A DNA stretch of 64,000 nucleotides. Source: Planctomycetota bacterium (GTDB lineage: Bacteria; Planctomycetota; UBA8108; SXIK01). Within the stretch, counting starts at the first letter, position 1, and each line of letters starts with the position of its first letter. The notes beneath the pieces are model-generated. The model did no database searches. It saw only the letters and a list, made by a program, of their open reading frames with translations, and was not told the origin of the DNA. The position numbers were made by a program, and so were the translations under genes. Shown here piece by piece: positions 50,073 to 60,095 of this stretch. The stretch spans positions 4,480,001 through 4,544,000 of the forward strand of contig OZ244999.1 of assembly GCA_965223265.1 (NCBI GenBank), read 5' to 3'.

Positions 50073-52100
50073 CTACCGACGCCGCTTGCGGCGTTGACGC
50101 GATGAGCCAGAGCGCTTGTCAGCTTTCGGCTTGGCGGCCGGAGTCGTTCCTGCGTCTCCCTTGGCGGGATAGAGTACTTTCGCCTCACCGTCCCCCCCCT
50201 GTTCCTCCTGCTTGGCCTCGGCGGCGAGCTCAGCCTTGATGATCTTGCTCTCGATGATTCCCAGGAGCGTACTGGTCATGATGTAGAGCATGAACCCCGA
50301 CGGGAAGGCGTAAAAGATAAGACCAAAAAACACCAGCATGAACGTCATCATCTTGTACTGCGCCTGCATCTGCGGATCCTCCGGCCGCGGCTGCAGACGC
50401 TGATTGATCACGGAGAAGATGACATAGAGAACCGGGAGAAGATTAAAGTACTCGAATGTGCCGCCGAAAAAATCGATGCCGAGACGGAAGAGTTGGTCAG
50501 GCTTGGTCAGATCGTCAATGTAGAGAAAGCTCGCGTGGCGAAGGCCGAACGCATAGCCGAGCGTACTGTAGAGTGCGAACCAGATTGGCAGTTGGAGGAA
50601 AATCATCAGGCAGCCGCCCATGCCTTGCGCCGGGTTGTAGCCTCGCTCTTTGAAGAGGCGCTGCATCTCCTCCTGCTGCTTCATTCGGTTGTTCCCGTGG
50701 CGCTCGCGGATAGCGTCCATCTCGGGCTTGAGCTTTTGCATCTGCTTCGACATGCGCTGCAAGTTCGCTTGCGACTTCTTGTTCACCGGATGCAGGCAGA
50801 GCTTGACAAGCACCGTCAGCAGGATGATGGCGAGCCCCCAACTCTTGAACGCGATGAAGTAAAGCCCGTCGAGCAAAGGAATGAAGAGCTTCACCAAGAA
50901 GAAATAGTCGTTGATCTCAGGGAATCCCAGAGCTTCATAGGGACTCAAGACCGACTTCTCGCGAGGCGAAAGGAAAAGTCCGTAGCGGTGAACTACAGTC
51001 TGGCCGGGCGCCAACTCGATCGAGCGCGAACGAAAGCCGGTGCGCAGATTGGAATAGGCGTCGTCAAGGTCTCCCCCAGTGCTCCGAATCTCTTCAAGAC
51101 TTCTGGCATCCGGGTAGCTCCGCGCGAAGGCGCGACCAACAAACGGTGCGACTCCTGGGGAGTCCGTGATGGGGTAGAACAATCCAGAGAAATAGTTGTT
51201 CGTCACGCCGACCCACGCGCACGTCTCCGCCTCCCAGTGTTCGACGTCCTCGGCCTCGAGGTTTTGGATGCGCACGCTACGACCACGCGTCCAAACACCC
51301 GACGAGAGGTAAAGGTCCTGCCCCGGACCAAGACGCGTCGACTCGGAAGATACGTCGACGAGCCCGAGGATCTCGTAGGTGATCGACCGTGGTGCGTCAC
51401 CGTCGTTCTTGATCTCGATCGTCACATCGACGTGCTGTCGGCCTCGTTCAGGAGTTTCTCCCCCAAAGGGCATCTCGGTGCTCGGGGCAATCGTCTTCGT
51501 TACTTGGATTTGACCAAAACGATTTGCGAAGCGCACCGACTGAGCCGCCTCAGAAGAGCCGTCCAGGACCTCAAACTCCCAGTTCTCCTCCCAGGAGATC
51601 GCCTCGTCGAGCAGCTGAAATCCAAGGAGCCCCGGCGCACCGTCCCCGGTATGGCTCAACTCGTAGGGTAGGGCACGATCGTCGGCAGCACCATACTCCG
51701 GCAGCTCGACACTCGAGACCCTACCGCCCTGGGCATCGGCCTTGAGTCGAAAGCGCACCACGTCGGCGTCGGCGGATTTTCCGTCAGCGCCCAAGTCGGT
51801 CGGCGACAGAGAGATGATCGCCGACTGGCGATCGCGCACGAGTCGTGCTGGATCTGTCGCCTCGCCGCCGTGAGGCTGATCCACCGGTGTCGCGGGGTCC
51901 GGCTGCGACGTCGGTGCCTTCTCATGCCCCGCTTGCGGAGCCGGCTCAATGCGCGGCGCGGGTCGCTCTGGTGGCGGGAACAACTTCCCATAGACAACCA
52001 GAATAGCGAGCGATATGGCGCAAAACAGAAATAGCCGGACAGCTAGAGGCACGAAGCGATCTCCGGCGGCAAGGGAGGTTCCATGCAACAGTTGCAACAC
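50073..52100 (-). CDS. yidC: Membrane protein insertase YidC (start uncertain)
   Basis: WGLAIILLTVLVKLCLHP, GGCLMIFLQLPIWFALY, FLYIDDLTKPD, PSGFMLY. Confidence 0.95.
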   Translation of the reverse strand: MLQLLHGTSLAAGDRFVPLAVRLFLFCAISLAILVVYGKLFPPPERPAPRIEPAPQAGHEKAPTSQPDPATPVDQPHGGEATDPARLVRDRQSAIISLSPTDLGADGKSADADVVRFRLKADAQGGRVSSVELPEYGAADDRALPYELSHTGDGAPGLLGFQLLDEAISWEENWEFEVLDGSSEAAQSVRFANRFGQIQVTKTIAPSTEMPFGGETPERGRQHVDVTIEIKNDGDAPRSITYEILGLVDVSSESTRLGPGQDLYLSSGVWTRGRSVRIQNLEAEDVEHWEAETCAWVGVTNNYFSGLFYPITDSPGVAPFVGRAFARSYPDARSLEEIRSTGGDLDDAYSNLRTGFRSRSIELAPGQTVVHRYGLFLSPREKSVLSPYEALGFPEINDYFFLVKLFIPLLDGLYFIAFKSWGLAIILLTVLVKLCLHPVNKKSQANLQRMSKQMQKLKPEMDAIRERHGNNRMKQQEEMQRLFKERGYNPAQGMGGCLMIFLQLPIWFALYSTLGYAFGLRHASFLYIDDLTKPDQLFRLGIDFFGGTFEYFNLLPVLYVIFSVINQRLQPRPEDPQMQAQYKMMTFMLVFFGLIFYAFPSGFMLYIMTSTLLGIIESKIIKAELAAEAKQEEQGGDGEAKVLYPAKGDAGTTPAAKPKADKRSGSSRQRRKRRR

Positions 52101-52267
52101 ACCAAATCGAACGCTTGGTGCGATTGGTCGCCCTCAAAACGCTGACGTCAAACTCCGGTGGCGCTTCGCCCTCTCGGACGCGACACGCCTTCGGACTGGA
52201 CCGAAAGAGCATAATGGAAGAAGCGTCGAATTCTAATAAAAAACCGCGCTTCCGCCTGGTGAGCGAG

Positions 52268-53041
52268 CTATTTGCCTTCCTGTAACCGCTTCGCCAGGTA
52301 GTCGGGTAGATCCGGGCAGTCCTTGAAGCGGTTCACGGTGCGCTCGACGTCGTAGGCAAGGCGGCAAAACTCGATGCTCGTCTCGTCAACAATGACGTAA
52401 GAAGCGCGCCAGTCGCCGTCGCGTGGCTGCCCCACCGATCCGACGTTGACGAGAACACGCCCCGGCGAATTCCCGATCTCGTACGCCCCCCCCACCTGCG
52501 ACGGTTCGTAGAAGTGATACGAGCTGTTTTGCTCGAAGACCCCGGGGTGGTGCGTGTGGCCAGCGAAGCAGACATCCCAATCGATGTCAGCCGGCGACGA
52601 AAACACCTCGTCCATCTTCTCGCGGTCCTGAAAGTCTTGGCGGAAGATGTACTCGCGCGTTGGGTCACGCGGGGAACCGTGGACAAAGAGAAAACGTCCG
52701 TCCTGATGCTGCCGCGCCAGCCCACCGATAAAATTCCACAGTCGACGATTCTTCTCTTGTGGTTCGCTCTTGAGGCTCAGCTGCTCGCGTGTCCAATCGA
52801 TCGCGATTTTGGCTTTGGGATTGAAACCGATCGCGCCGAAGAGCACCGCTTCTTCGTGATTGCCAAGTAAGTTCACCGGGAAGCCCATTGCGAGCTCGAT
52901 GCAGCTGCGAGGATCCGGGCCGTACCCGATCAGGTCGCCCAGGCAAACGATGCGCTCGATCTCACGCCTCTCAAGGTCTTCCAAGACGGCCTCGAAAGCG
53001 GCGAGATTGCCATGAATATCGGAAACGACCGCGAACTTCAC
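52268..53041 (-). CDS. Calcineurin-like metallophosphoesterase
   Basis: SDIHGN, CLGDLIGYGP, GNHE, HGSP, GHTH, NVGSVGQPRDGD. Confidence 0.92.
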   Translation of the reverse strand: MKFAVVSDIHGNLAAFEAVLEDLERREIERIVCLGDLIGYGPDPRSCIELAMGFPVNLLGNHEEAVLFGAIGFNPKAKIAIDWTREQLSLKSEPQEKNRRLWNFIGGLARQHQDGRFLFVHGSPRDPTREYIFRQDFQDREKMDEVFSSPADIDWDVCFAGHTHHPGVFEQNSSYHFYEPSQVGGAYEIGNSPGRVLVNVGSVGQPRDGDWRASYVIVDETSIEFCRLAYDVERTVNRFKDCPDLPDYLAKRLQEGK

Positions 53042-53543
53042 GAGTGACTCGACTCCCTAAGCTGAGATCGCGTGGGACTCAGCAGCCGCGGGCAAATCGT
53101 CCGTCGAGCATGCACTCGATCGATCCCAAATAGCAGTGAACGACGATCAGCGACCAACAACGACGCTCCTCGAAGGCTGAGTGACCTCCGCCTGCGACGA
53201 AAGAGGCGGATTCGGTCGATTCGCGAGGCGACACACACTCTTTTTTTCGGTATTTCGCCGTTATCCCTTCAGGGATCGCCCTTATTTTGACACCGCGCCA
53301 ACCAAAATCTACTAAGAAACGCCGAACGAGAGGCCTGTCGCGGCTGTCCAAGCGGCCGCTCGGACGGACGTAACCATGGACGCAGCGGGCGGTTCCAGCG
53401 CCGCCATGATCGCCAAGCGGGCGGTGGTCGCGGGCCTCCCCCTCAACGCTGGCGCTGCACGGCGGCAATTTGTCGAACCGTCATCGGCGTGGAGCGGAAG
53501 CGGCGTGAAATGTCGGGTCCGGGCTATCGGAACCGCGCGGCGC

Positions 53544-53876
53544 TCAGGAAAATGCGCCGACGACGACGCACGCGAGCGTGAGCACGGTCAACAGGCTGCC
53601 GAACGCCACCGTGATCAGAGAAAGAACTGCTCGCCCAGTGGCCATCCAGTAACGCATCGCGAGAACGACAGCGAACGGCGGCGCGAGCAACAGAAACGCC
53701 GTGCCAAGCCCCTCGACGACAGGCTGGGCGCTAAAGAGGAAGCGGTACTCGTCATCGAACGGCAGCGAAAGGTGAAGTGCGACAACGCTGGCGACAAGCC
53801 CAAACGCGATGAGACCAAGGTAGCGTCGATATCCGGTCGGGGCTTGGATTCGGGGGAAGTGATTGGCGGGTTGCAT
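53544..53876 (-). CDS. Small membrane protein (about 3 TM), hypothetical
   Basis: Three hydrophobic stretches; purine-rich RBS-like tract before ATG; co-oriented downstream of the dockerin-protein cluster. Confidence 0.5.
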   Translation of the reverse strand: MQPANHFPRIQAPTGYRRYLGLIAFGLVASVVALHLSLPFDDEYRFLFSAQPVVEGLGTAFLLLAPPFAVVLAMRYWMATGRAVLSLITVAFGSLLTVLTLACVVVGAFS

Positions 53877-53969
53877 CTTCTCTCTACTTCTTCAGTCTTC
53901 CGGAGTGGATCTGCTGGTCAAACAAGGCGAGCTCGGTCAGTGGTCGGATCCATGACTCGCGGTGCGGCA

Positions 53970-56900
53970 TCAAGACGTCGTGCACGAGGTGAGAAAGTCG
54001 GGCGTCGGATCGAGTCCCAGGTCAGGCCACGGAAGCGGCAGCGTCGTACGCCCACCGAATAGGTGTTCCATGAGCGCCGTGACATCTCCGCCGTCGATCA
54101 CACCGTCATCGTTCACATCGGCGGCATCGAGATTCTCGGGGAAGTCAACACTGCTGCCGGCAACCAGCTCACTCAAAAACACGGTGTCGGCGATACTGAT
54201 TTGCTCGTCGCCGTTCACATCGCCGCGAACGAACGCGGGGGCCGGATGCTCGAAGGTAAAACCGCCATCGAGGCGCACCGACGAAATTCCGTCGGTTCTC
54301 ACGGAGACCCCGACCGTCTCTGTACCTTCAGGCACTTCCGGGGTGACGACGCGCGCTGTTTGCGCATCGAGCACCACGACACTCGGTGCGGGCACATCAC
54401 CGAAGAGCACTTCGAGGGAGGCGAGGAACGCGCGCCCGGCAACGATGACCTCATCGCCGCCGCAGATCGTGCCGTTCGATGGCGTGACGCTGACGATCGC
54501 CAGTTCGTCTCCACCGCCGCCACTGACCGTAAAACTGCTCGGCAGACGCAGCGTCGTCACTGATGGAACCATGAGTTCAATGTCAGCAATCTCGCCTTCG
54601 TGCCCAGTCATGTTTGGCGTGCGGACCAAGAGGCGTCTCCCGTCCGCGTCGACACGATCGACCGTTGCCGCCAGGCGATCGCCATTCGGAAAGACAAACG
54701 TCACGGCCGATAGCGGCGCGAAACCAGCACCCGTAAGAGCCACCAACTCGCCGCCAGCCGCAGCACCGGTGCTGCGGTCGATCGCAACCAGCTGGGGGAA
54801 CTCGTAGGCGTAGGCCTGGACCAACTCCATCGTGCCGCTGGCGGAGAGGAACTGAACGTTCGCAGCAAAGCTGGTCGGGACAGCACTCGCCGGACGCAGG
54901 AGGGAGTCGGGAGCGCGAAAACGGATTTGTTGACTCGCGATCGACATTACGTCGCTCGGTACGACGTCGAGGCTCGCGGGGCTTGCCGGTCCTTCGATGC
55001 GCACGAAGCGAATGGTGAAATCATTGGCGCTGAGCGAGTCGAAGCCACTACCCGAGAGCGTCAGTTCGTTCCCACCAAGGAGCGGCCCGGTGCTCGGGGA
55101 GAGCCCGGTGATCTCTGGGTTCGCAGCGACGCCAGTGAATTGAACACTTCCAGGAAAGAAGGCCTCGAGATCTGGAACGCCTGGCACGTCGAAATCAGGA
55201 AAGAACGCCGTGGGATTGTCCGTGCCGGTGTTGACGAAGGAGACCTCGACGGATTCTCCGGCAGTGGCCTTGCCGCTGCGGGGGCGAAACTTGAAATTCG
55301 CAACGTTGAGTAGAACGCCAGGCGCGAGGAAATCGAGTCCAGCCTCAGGGTCTGTCAGATTGAAGCCCAGCCAGGCGATCACGGCGTCCCCTTCGAGATT
55401 CGCGGTTTGAATGCTCGCCTCGTTAGGCAGAATGTACGTCCCGCGTCCGAACACGGCGGAGTCGGCTTGGTCTTCATTCGAGACCTGAAGAATCTCGAGA
55501 ACACTTCGATCCCAGCGCACATGAATCGTGAAACTATTGATGCGATAGCCGGGCACGGTTTCAGGAAATGTCGCGAAGACCGCGAGATCGAACACGTCGC
55601 TGGAGCCGGCAGGAATCGCGACATCTTCGACCACGACATAGCGTGAGATCACCTCAAGTGACGCGTTCGTCTCAGGCACGGGAGTCGGCGCTGGCTCGGA
55701 GGCGAACTGAAGCTGACTATCACCCACGAACGTCAAATCGAAGGAACCAGCAAGTCCGAAATTCTCGGGGACACTGCCGACGATCGTAGCCAGCAGAACA
55801 TCGCCATCGGCGTTACCGTCGCCGTCTTGGTCAGGAGAAATCTGGGCGCCCGTGACCTCGACGACGGCGCGGCGACGATTCGGAGAGGCGGCCGGAAGGA
55901 CCTGGAAGTCCGCTACTGCCCCCACATGATCCAGTTCGAGCTCGATCGGGAAGCGTGTCTCGAGAAACGCCGGCACTTCCAACTCGAAGCTAAAACCACT
56001 GAGTGTGCCGAGCGCTTGGGCGCGGACTGGAATCTCTACTCGACTCAACCCCACCCCGGTGGAGACTTCATCGACCGCGATCGCGGCGTCGAAGTCAACA
56101 CGACATGAGCGGCGAAGCGATTCCGGCGTCGGCTGGAGCGCGGGCGGGAGGGAGCCATTGAACGCTGCTCGGAGCTCGAACGTGTACTCGCCGATCGGCG
56201 TCGGCATCTCCAGCCGAAAATCGACCGCGCCAAGGTCGAGGGAAACGGTTTGACCGGCCCCCTGGAGGACGCCACCAACGCGCTGTTCGATCGCAAGCGC
56301 AAGGCTCGAATAACCTTGCCAGACCCGCGACCAGCTCAGATCGACGTCGCCGTCGCCAGTCACCTGACACGTCAGGCCGGCGTCAAGCGCGGGAACGGGT
56401 ACCTGAATCGTATTGGAATTTACCGTCGTGCTCGGAATGCCCCCGACGCTGCCCACCAGCGACGCAACGTATTCGCCGGGCGTGACGCCGCCCGGTGCGC
56501 CGTCGGCGTCGTACTCGAACTCCGTCGCCGAACCGCCGAGTACTGTCGCGACAACGACCTGGCTCGTCGTCGAGTCGCGCAGTTCCACCGAGACGCTGTC
56601 GTAGCCTTCGCCGTTCGCCCACTCAAGGCGAAGAACGTTCGGCGCGTCGCTCGACGTCCGTGCACTCAACGCGGCACGGGTGATCGTCGGCGCCAAGGTT
56701 TCCGTTAAATCTGGGTCGCCCACAGGCCCGCCCTCGCAGGGAGCTCGTGGTCCCTCCTCGCTACCGATCACCGCCGCCACTTCGTAGAGATCCGAGCCCG
56801 CCGGCGAAGGCGATCGATCGACGAACTCCCTAGACGCGCCGAGGGGTTGCGAGACGAGCCGACCATTGCGATAAATGCGGAACGACTCCGCAAAGTGCGA

Positions 56901-59807
56901 CAGCGACCACGAGACTCTGTTTTCTGTCGTTGAAACAGCGCTGCACTGAACTTGGGGCGCATGGATGCCGATGATCTCGCACGTGGCGAGAATGATCTCG
57001 CCGTCACTGCGTCGACCACTGAGCTCGACGACGAGGCGTCCGGTTTTCGTTGTGATGACGTCCGTCGACGTCGCATCCCCAGCCAGTGCGCCAACGTTTT
57101 CACCGTCGAGCAAAACGTCGAACGACTGAAAGGTCGCGCCGCTGGGGCTCGACCAGCTGATGAGCGCAGTCATGTCGCCGCTTCGTCGCTCCACGACTTC
57201 GCACTCGATCGCGAGGTCCTCGGGTGGAGGTGGGTCGAGCGCAACTTCCAGTTCGGTTCCAACGATGACTGCCGGCACGTCTAGCAGTGCATTGCCTTCG
57301 GAAACGGCGACAAGGTTGTCGAACTCCAGGTCGCCGTCAGTGAAGCCCTCGAGCCGAAGCAGCGTCGACTCTCCTTCCATGACTTCGGGGATTCTGAAGA
57401 CGAACGTACCAAGCTCGAGGTCATTGGTCGGCAGGCCACGAGTGTTCTGGTTGTATCGCATGGTCGCCGCCGCGCGTCCGGAACAGCCACTGAGGGACTC
57501 GTCAGGACAGAGCGTGAAGCTCGCGATCGTCGAGAAGTCCAGCGGCGCCTCGAATCCCTCGTAAGTCAGAAGCGTTTCGTCGTACTCCAGGGCCAACGAA
57601 TAGCCGCCAAAATTCTCGGTAATCGTTCCCGAGATCACGACGCGCAGGGTGTCATCAACAATGGTGCTGACGAGTGACGTCGTCGGATCGGCTGGCACGG
57701 CCGAGGCGAGCGGTGCGATCTGAAACGAGCTCGGCTGAGTCGAAGTCGGCACCAAGACCTCGTCCGCCAGACGCAGAGACGGAGTGCGCGATTCCGGAGT
57801 CAGGAGCACCAAATCAAGCCCGCTATTGCCGTCGACGTCGGCAATCGTGAGGTCAGTCGACAATGCGCCCACGCCGCTGAGATCTTCGCGGTCATACTGC
57901 TCGGGCTCGTCTTCGCGGCCGAGGAAAAGGGCGACGTCGCCGCTGTCAGAAACGATCACGAGATCGGTAGCGCCGTCACCGTCGAACTCCATGGCTGCCG
58001 CATGAGAGGCACCGCTCAAGCCCGCGTCGAGAGCCGGCAGACGACGGGGAGCCAAGTCACTCGAGAGCAGATCTGTGCCGGCGACAACAGCGCCTGCGAT
58101 CGTCAACTGCGCGTTGGTGTAGACGAGTGCGCCTGCGTCGTTCCAGACCACGATGTCGGTGTCGTGATCACTTTGGAAGTCGAAGAGCTCGAAGGCGTGA
58201 ACCCTCCCGAGCGCGCCTTCGTCAACGCCTGGCAGATCGCGCAGTGTCCGAAGGGCGACGGGTGCTGCGCCGCTGCTGAGATTCTGGTACAGACTCACCG
58301 AACCGTCGGTGTTGAGCGTGACGAGATCGACAAGCCCGTTGCCGTTCAAGTCGCCCGACTTGATGTCAACGGCAGGTTTGAACCCGTCAACAGCAGCTTC
58401 GACACGAGCCAGGCTTGGAATGGGCAGAACGCTATCCGGATCGAGGGGATCGATCGTGTCCGGATCGGGCGGCAGTTCGACGCGCGACAGAATCGTCAGT
58501 GGCTCGCTCGCCGCGTCGTGCAGTAGCAGCACCTCGGCCGAGCCGTCAACGTCGAGGTCGACCAGTCGCATGGCAAGCGCCTCGCTCACCGCAACATCGA
58601 TGGGGTTCCCAGCGACCAAGCTGGTGGCCGAGTTCACCTCATACGGCACCAACCGCGTGCCGCCGTCGCCGCTGAGGAGGACGTAGACCTCCGCCTCGCC
58701 GTCGCGGTCCAGATCGAGCACGGCGGCATCGCGCGCCGTCACGTCGCCGAAGTCGCCACCGTCGAGCAACAGATCGACGGAGCTACTCGACCAGGCCGCA
58801 GCGGCTACTTGACGGTAGAGCTCGAGTGTCGTCGGTGTCAGCGCCACAAACTCGACACCCTCGGTTGCCGGCAAGAAATCCGCTGCGATCACGCGCAGCG
58901 GCGTCGCGCCCAGCGGAGGCGCGGTGGAGTCAACCCAGCCGCCTTCGACGAGCCCCGTTTCGACCTGGAATCGCAGCAGGCGCGGCACCAGCTGTTCGGG
59001 GATCGCCGCCGGATCTGTGGTCGATTCCTGAATGGTACGGCTCCAAGCCACTTCGACTACTTCGCCGGGCAAGAACGCATCACCGGTGGCGAGGCGATGG
59101 GTCACCTCCAAGACACCGGCGCCCTGCGTTCTCGTGAACGCGTTCTCGATGTCGAGCCGCAGACCGGAGTGTAGACCGCGAATCGCCACACCGGCGTCCA
59201 AGCTATTGCCGACCACTGGACGGTTGAATGACGCACCAATGCGGGGCACAAGGTCGACGCCCGCCGTCAGCGCCTCCGGATTTGTCGCGGTAACCAGTAG
59301 TGAAAGCGTACTCGTACCTGTCTCACGGATGCGGAAACGGATCGTCTTGCTGTCGCTGAGCGGCACTCCGTGCGCAGTGACATCGTGACTGATGAAAACC
59401 GTGATCGTTTCGCCTTCCTTGAACTGCTGCGCTTCGTCGAGCAGAAAGACCAAGGTGTCAAACTCCGCACCTTCCTCGGCGCCACCCTGTGAGGCGTTAA
59501 AGTCCTCAACCGTTGAGCCCAACGTCAGTCCATCCCATTGCGCCAAGGCGATGGTCCCGGAGTACTCGCTGGCGGTGAAGTCACCGGTGACTCGAATCAA
59601 TCCGCTGTCGCTGAGATTGTCGTCAACTTCGGTTGTCGTGTTGGAGAGTCGAATCGCCACGATCGTACGTGGGTCGACGCTCGATTGTCCGTCAGCCGGA
59701 AACGTCGAGGCGACGCGCGTCCGACTGTCGCACGAGGTTCCGACGGACAACGCGACAAAAGCGAGGAGAGAGAAGGTGAAACGTCGAATGCAGGCAGGAG
59801 GAGTCAT
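53970..59807 (-). CDS. 1945-aa surface lipoprotein: Ig-like x2, FG-GAP/VCBS propeller, cohesin-like x3, FnIII-like, IPT/TIG x3, C-terminal dockerin
   Basis: Lipobox VGTSC; DxDxDG repeats (DLDRDG, DLDVDG, DLNGNG, DVDGNS); 'PSTGPLLGGNELTLSGSGF' TIG motifs; 'FVRGDVNGDEQISIAD...AADVNDDGVIDGGD'. Confidence 0.82.
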   Translation of the reverse strand: MTPPACIRRFTFSLLAFVALSVGTSCDSRTRVASTFPADGQSSVDPRTIVAIRLSNTTTEVDDNLSDSGLIRVTGDFTASEYSGTIALAQWDGLTLGSTVEDFNASQGGAEEGAEFDTLVFLLDEAQQFKEGETITVFISHDVTAHGVPLSDSKTIRFRIRETGTSTLSLLVTATNPEALTAGVDLVPRIGASFNRPVVGNSLDAGVAIRGLHSGLRLDIENAFTRTQGAGVLEVTHRLATGDAFLPGEVVEVAWSRTIQESTTDPAAIPEQLVPRLLRFQVETGLVEGGWVDSTAPPLGATPLRVIAADFLPATEGVEFVALTPTTLELYRQVAAAAWSSSSVDLLLDGGDFGDVTARDAAVLDLDRDGEAEVYVLLSGDGGTRLVPYEVNSATSLVAGNPIDVAVSEALAMRLVDLDVDGSAEVLLLHDAASEPLTILSRVELPPDPDTIDPLDPDSVLPIPSLARVEAAVDGFKPAVDIKSGDLNGNGLVDLVTLNTDGSVSLYQNLSSGAAPVALRTLRDLPGVDEGALGRVHAFELFDFQSDHDTDIVVWNDAGALVYTNAQLTIAGAVVAGTDLLSSDLAPRRLPALDAGLSGASHAAAMEFDGDGATDLVIVSDSGDVALFLGREDEPEQYDREDLSGVGALSTDLTIADVDGNSGLDLVLLTPESRTPSLRLADEVLVPTSTQPSSFQIAPLASAVPADPTTSLVSTIVDDTLRVVISGTITENFGGYSLALEYDETLLTYEGFEAPLDFSTIASFTLCPDESLSGCSGRAAATMRYNQNTRGLPTNDLELGTFVFRIPEVMEGESTLLRLEGFTDGDLEFDNLVAVSEGNALLDVPAVIVGTELEVALDPPPPEDLAIECEVVERRSGDMTALISWSSPSGATFQSFDVLLDGENVGALAGDATSTDVITTKTGRLVVELSGRRSDGEIILATCEIIGIHAPQVQCSAVSTTENRVSWSLSHFAESFRIYRNGRLVSQPLGASREFVDRSPSPAGSDLYEVAAVIGSEEGPRAPCEGGPVGDPDLTETLAPTITRAALSARTSSDAPNVLRLEWANGEGYDSVSVELRDSTTSQVVVATVLGGSATEFEYDADGAPGGVTPGEYVASLVGSVGGIPSTTVNSNTIQVPVPALDAGLTCQVTGDGDVDLSWSRVWQGYSSLALAIEQRVGGVLQGAGQTVSLDLGAVDFRLEMPTPIGEYTFELRAAFNGSLPPALQPTPESLRRSCRVDFDAAIAVDEVSTGVGLSRVEIPVRAQALGTLSGFSFELEVPAFLETRFPIELELDHVGAVADFQVLPAASPNRRRAVVEVTGAQISPDQDGDGNADGDVLLATIVGSVPENFGLAGSFDLTFVGDSQLQFASEPAPTPVPETNASLEVISRYVVVEDVAIPAGSSDVFDLAVFATFPETVPGYRINSFTIHVRWDRSVLEILQVSNEDQADSAVFGRGTYILPNEASIQTANLEGDAVIAWLGFNLTDPEAGLDFLAPGVLLNVANFKFRPRSGKATAGESVEVSFVNTGTDNPTAFFPDFDVPGVPDLEAFFPGSVQFTGVAANPEITGLSPSTGPLLGGNELTLSGSGFDSLSANDFTIRFVRIEGPASPASLDVVPSDVMSIASQQIRFRAPDSLLRPASAVPTSFAANVQFLSASGTMELVQAYAYEFPQLVAIDRSTGAAAGGELVALTGAGFAPLSAVTFVFPNGDRLAATVDRVDADGRRLLVRTPNMTGHEGEIADIELMVPSVTTLRLPSSFTVSGGGGDELAIVSVTPSNGTICGGDEVIVAGRAFLASLEVLFGDVPAPSVVVLDAQTARVVTPEVPEGTETVGVSVRTDGISSVRLDGGFTFEHPAPAFVRGDVNGDEQISIADTVFLSELVAGSSVDFPENLDAADVNDDGVIDGGDVTALMEHLFGGRTTLPLPWPDLGLDPTPDFLTSCTTS

Positions 59808-59956
59808 GAAGATCTTCAGCTCCGGAAAGGATAGCTCAGCACTTCAGTAGCGAGTCTGAAGATAGGGTGCGTCGTCAGAATGGCGCCGCGGTGGAAGGAA
59901 GGATGAGATCGATGTTAGAGGTCGATTCGAAGCAAGTCAACATCGTGACGGCGAGC

Positions 59957-59973
59957 GGAAATTACCGTGCCAA
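59957..59973 (-). promoter_or_regulatory. Possible sigma54 (-24/-12) promoter TTGGCACG-GTAA-TTTCC
   Basis: Perfect -24 element TGGCACG; the -12 reads TTTC rather than TTGC. Sits between the upstream terminator and the 1945-aa gene. Confidence 0.35.
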
Positions 59974-60007
59974 ATCGCTGAGCGCTCGCAAGCAGCGGAC
60001 CAGAACG

Positions 60008-60042
60008 AAAAAAAGGATCCCCTCCATTGAAGGAGAGGACCC
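60008..60042 (-). terminator. Intrinsic terminator after the 60096-61595 gene
   Basis: Minus strand GGGTCCTCTCC-ttcaat-GGAGGGGATCC followed by a T run. Confidence 0.8.
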
Positions 60043-60095
60043 TCTCGTGACTGTTTCTTAAGGACGACGCCTTTTCGGATGGCGCCGCGCGAATG

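Noticed and set aside
53085-53135. GGGCAAA...CCCAAA resembling a c-di-GMP-I riboswitch
   Set aside because: No GNRA loop/receptor or P2 architecture, and it is on the strand opposite the neighbouring gene's leader.
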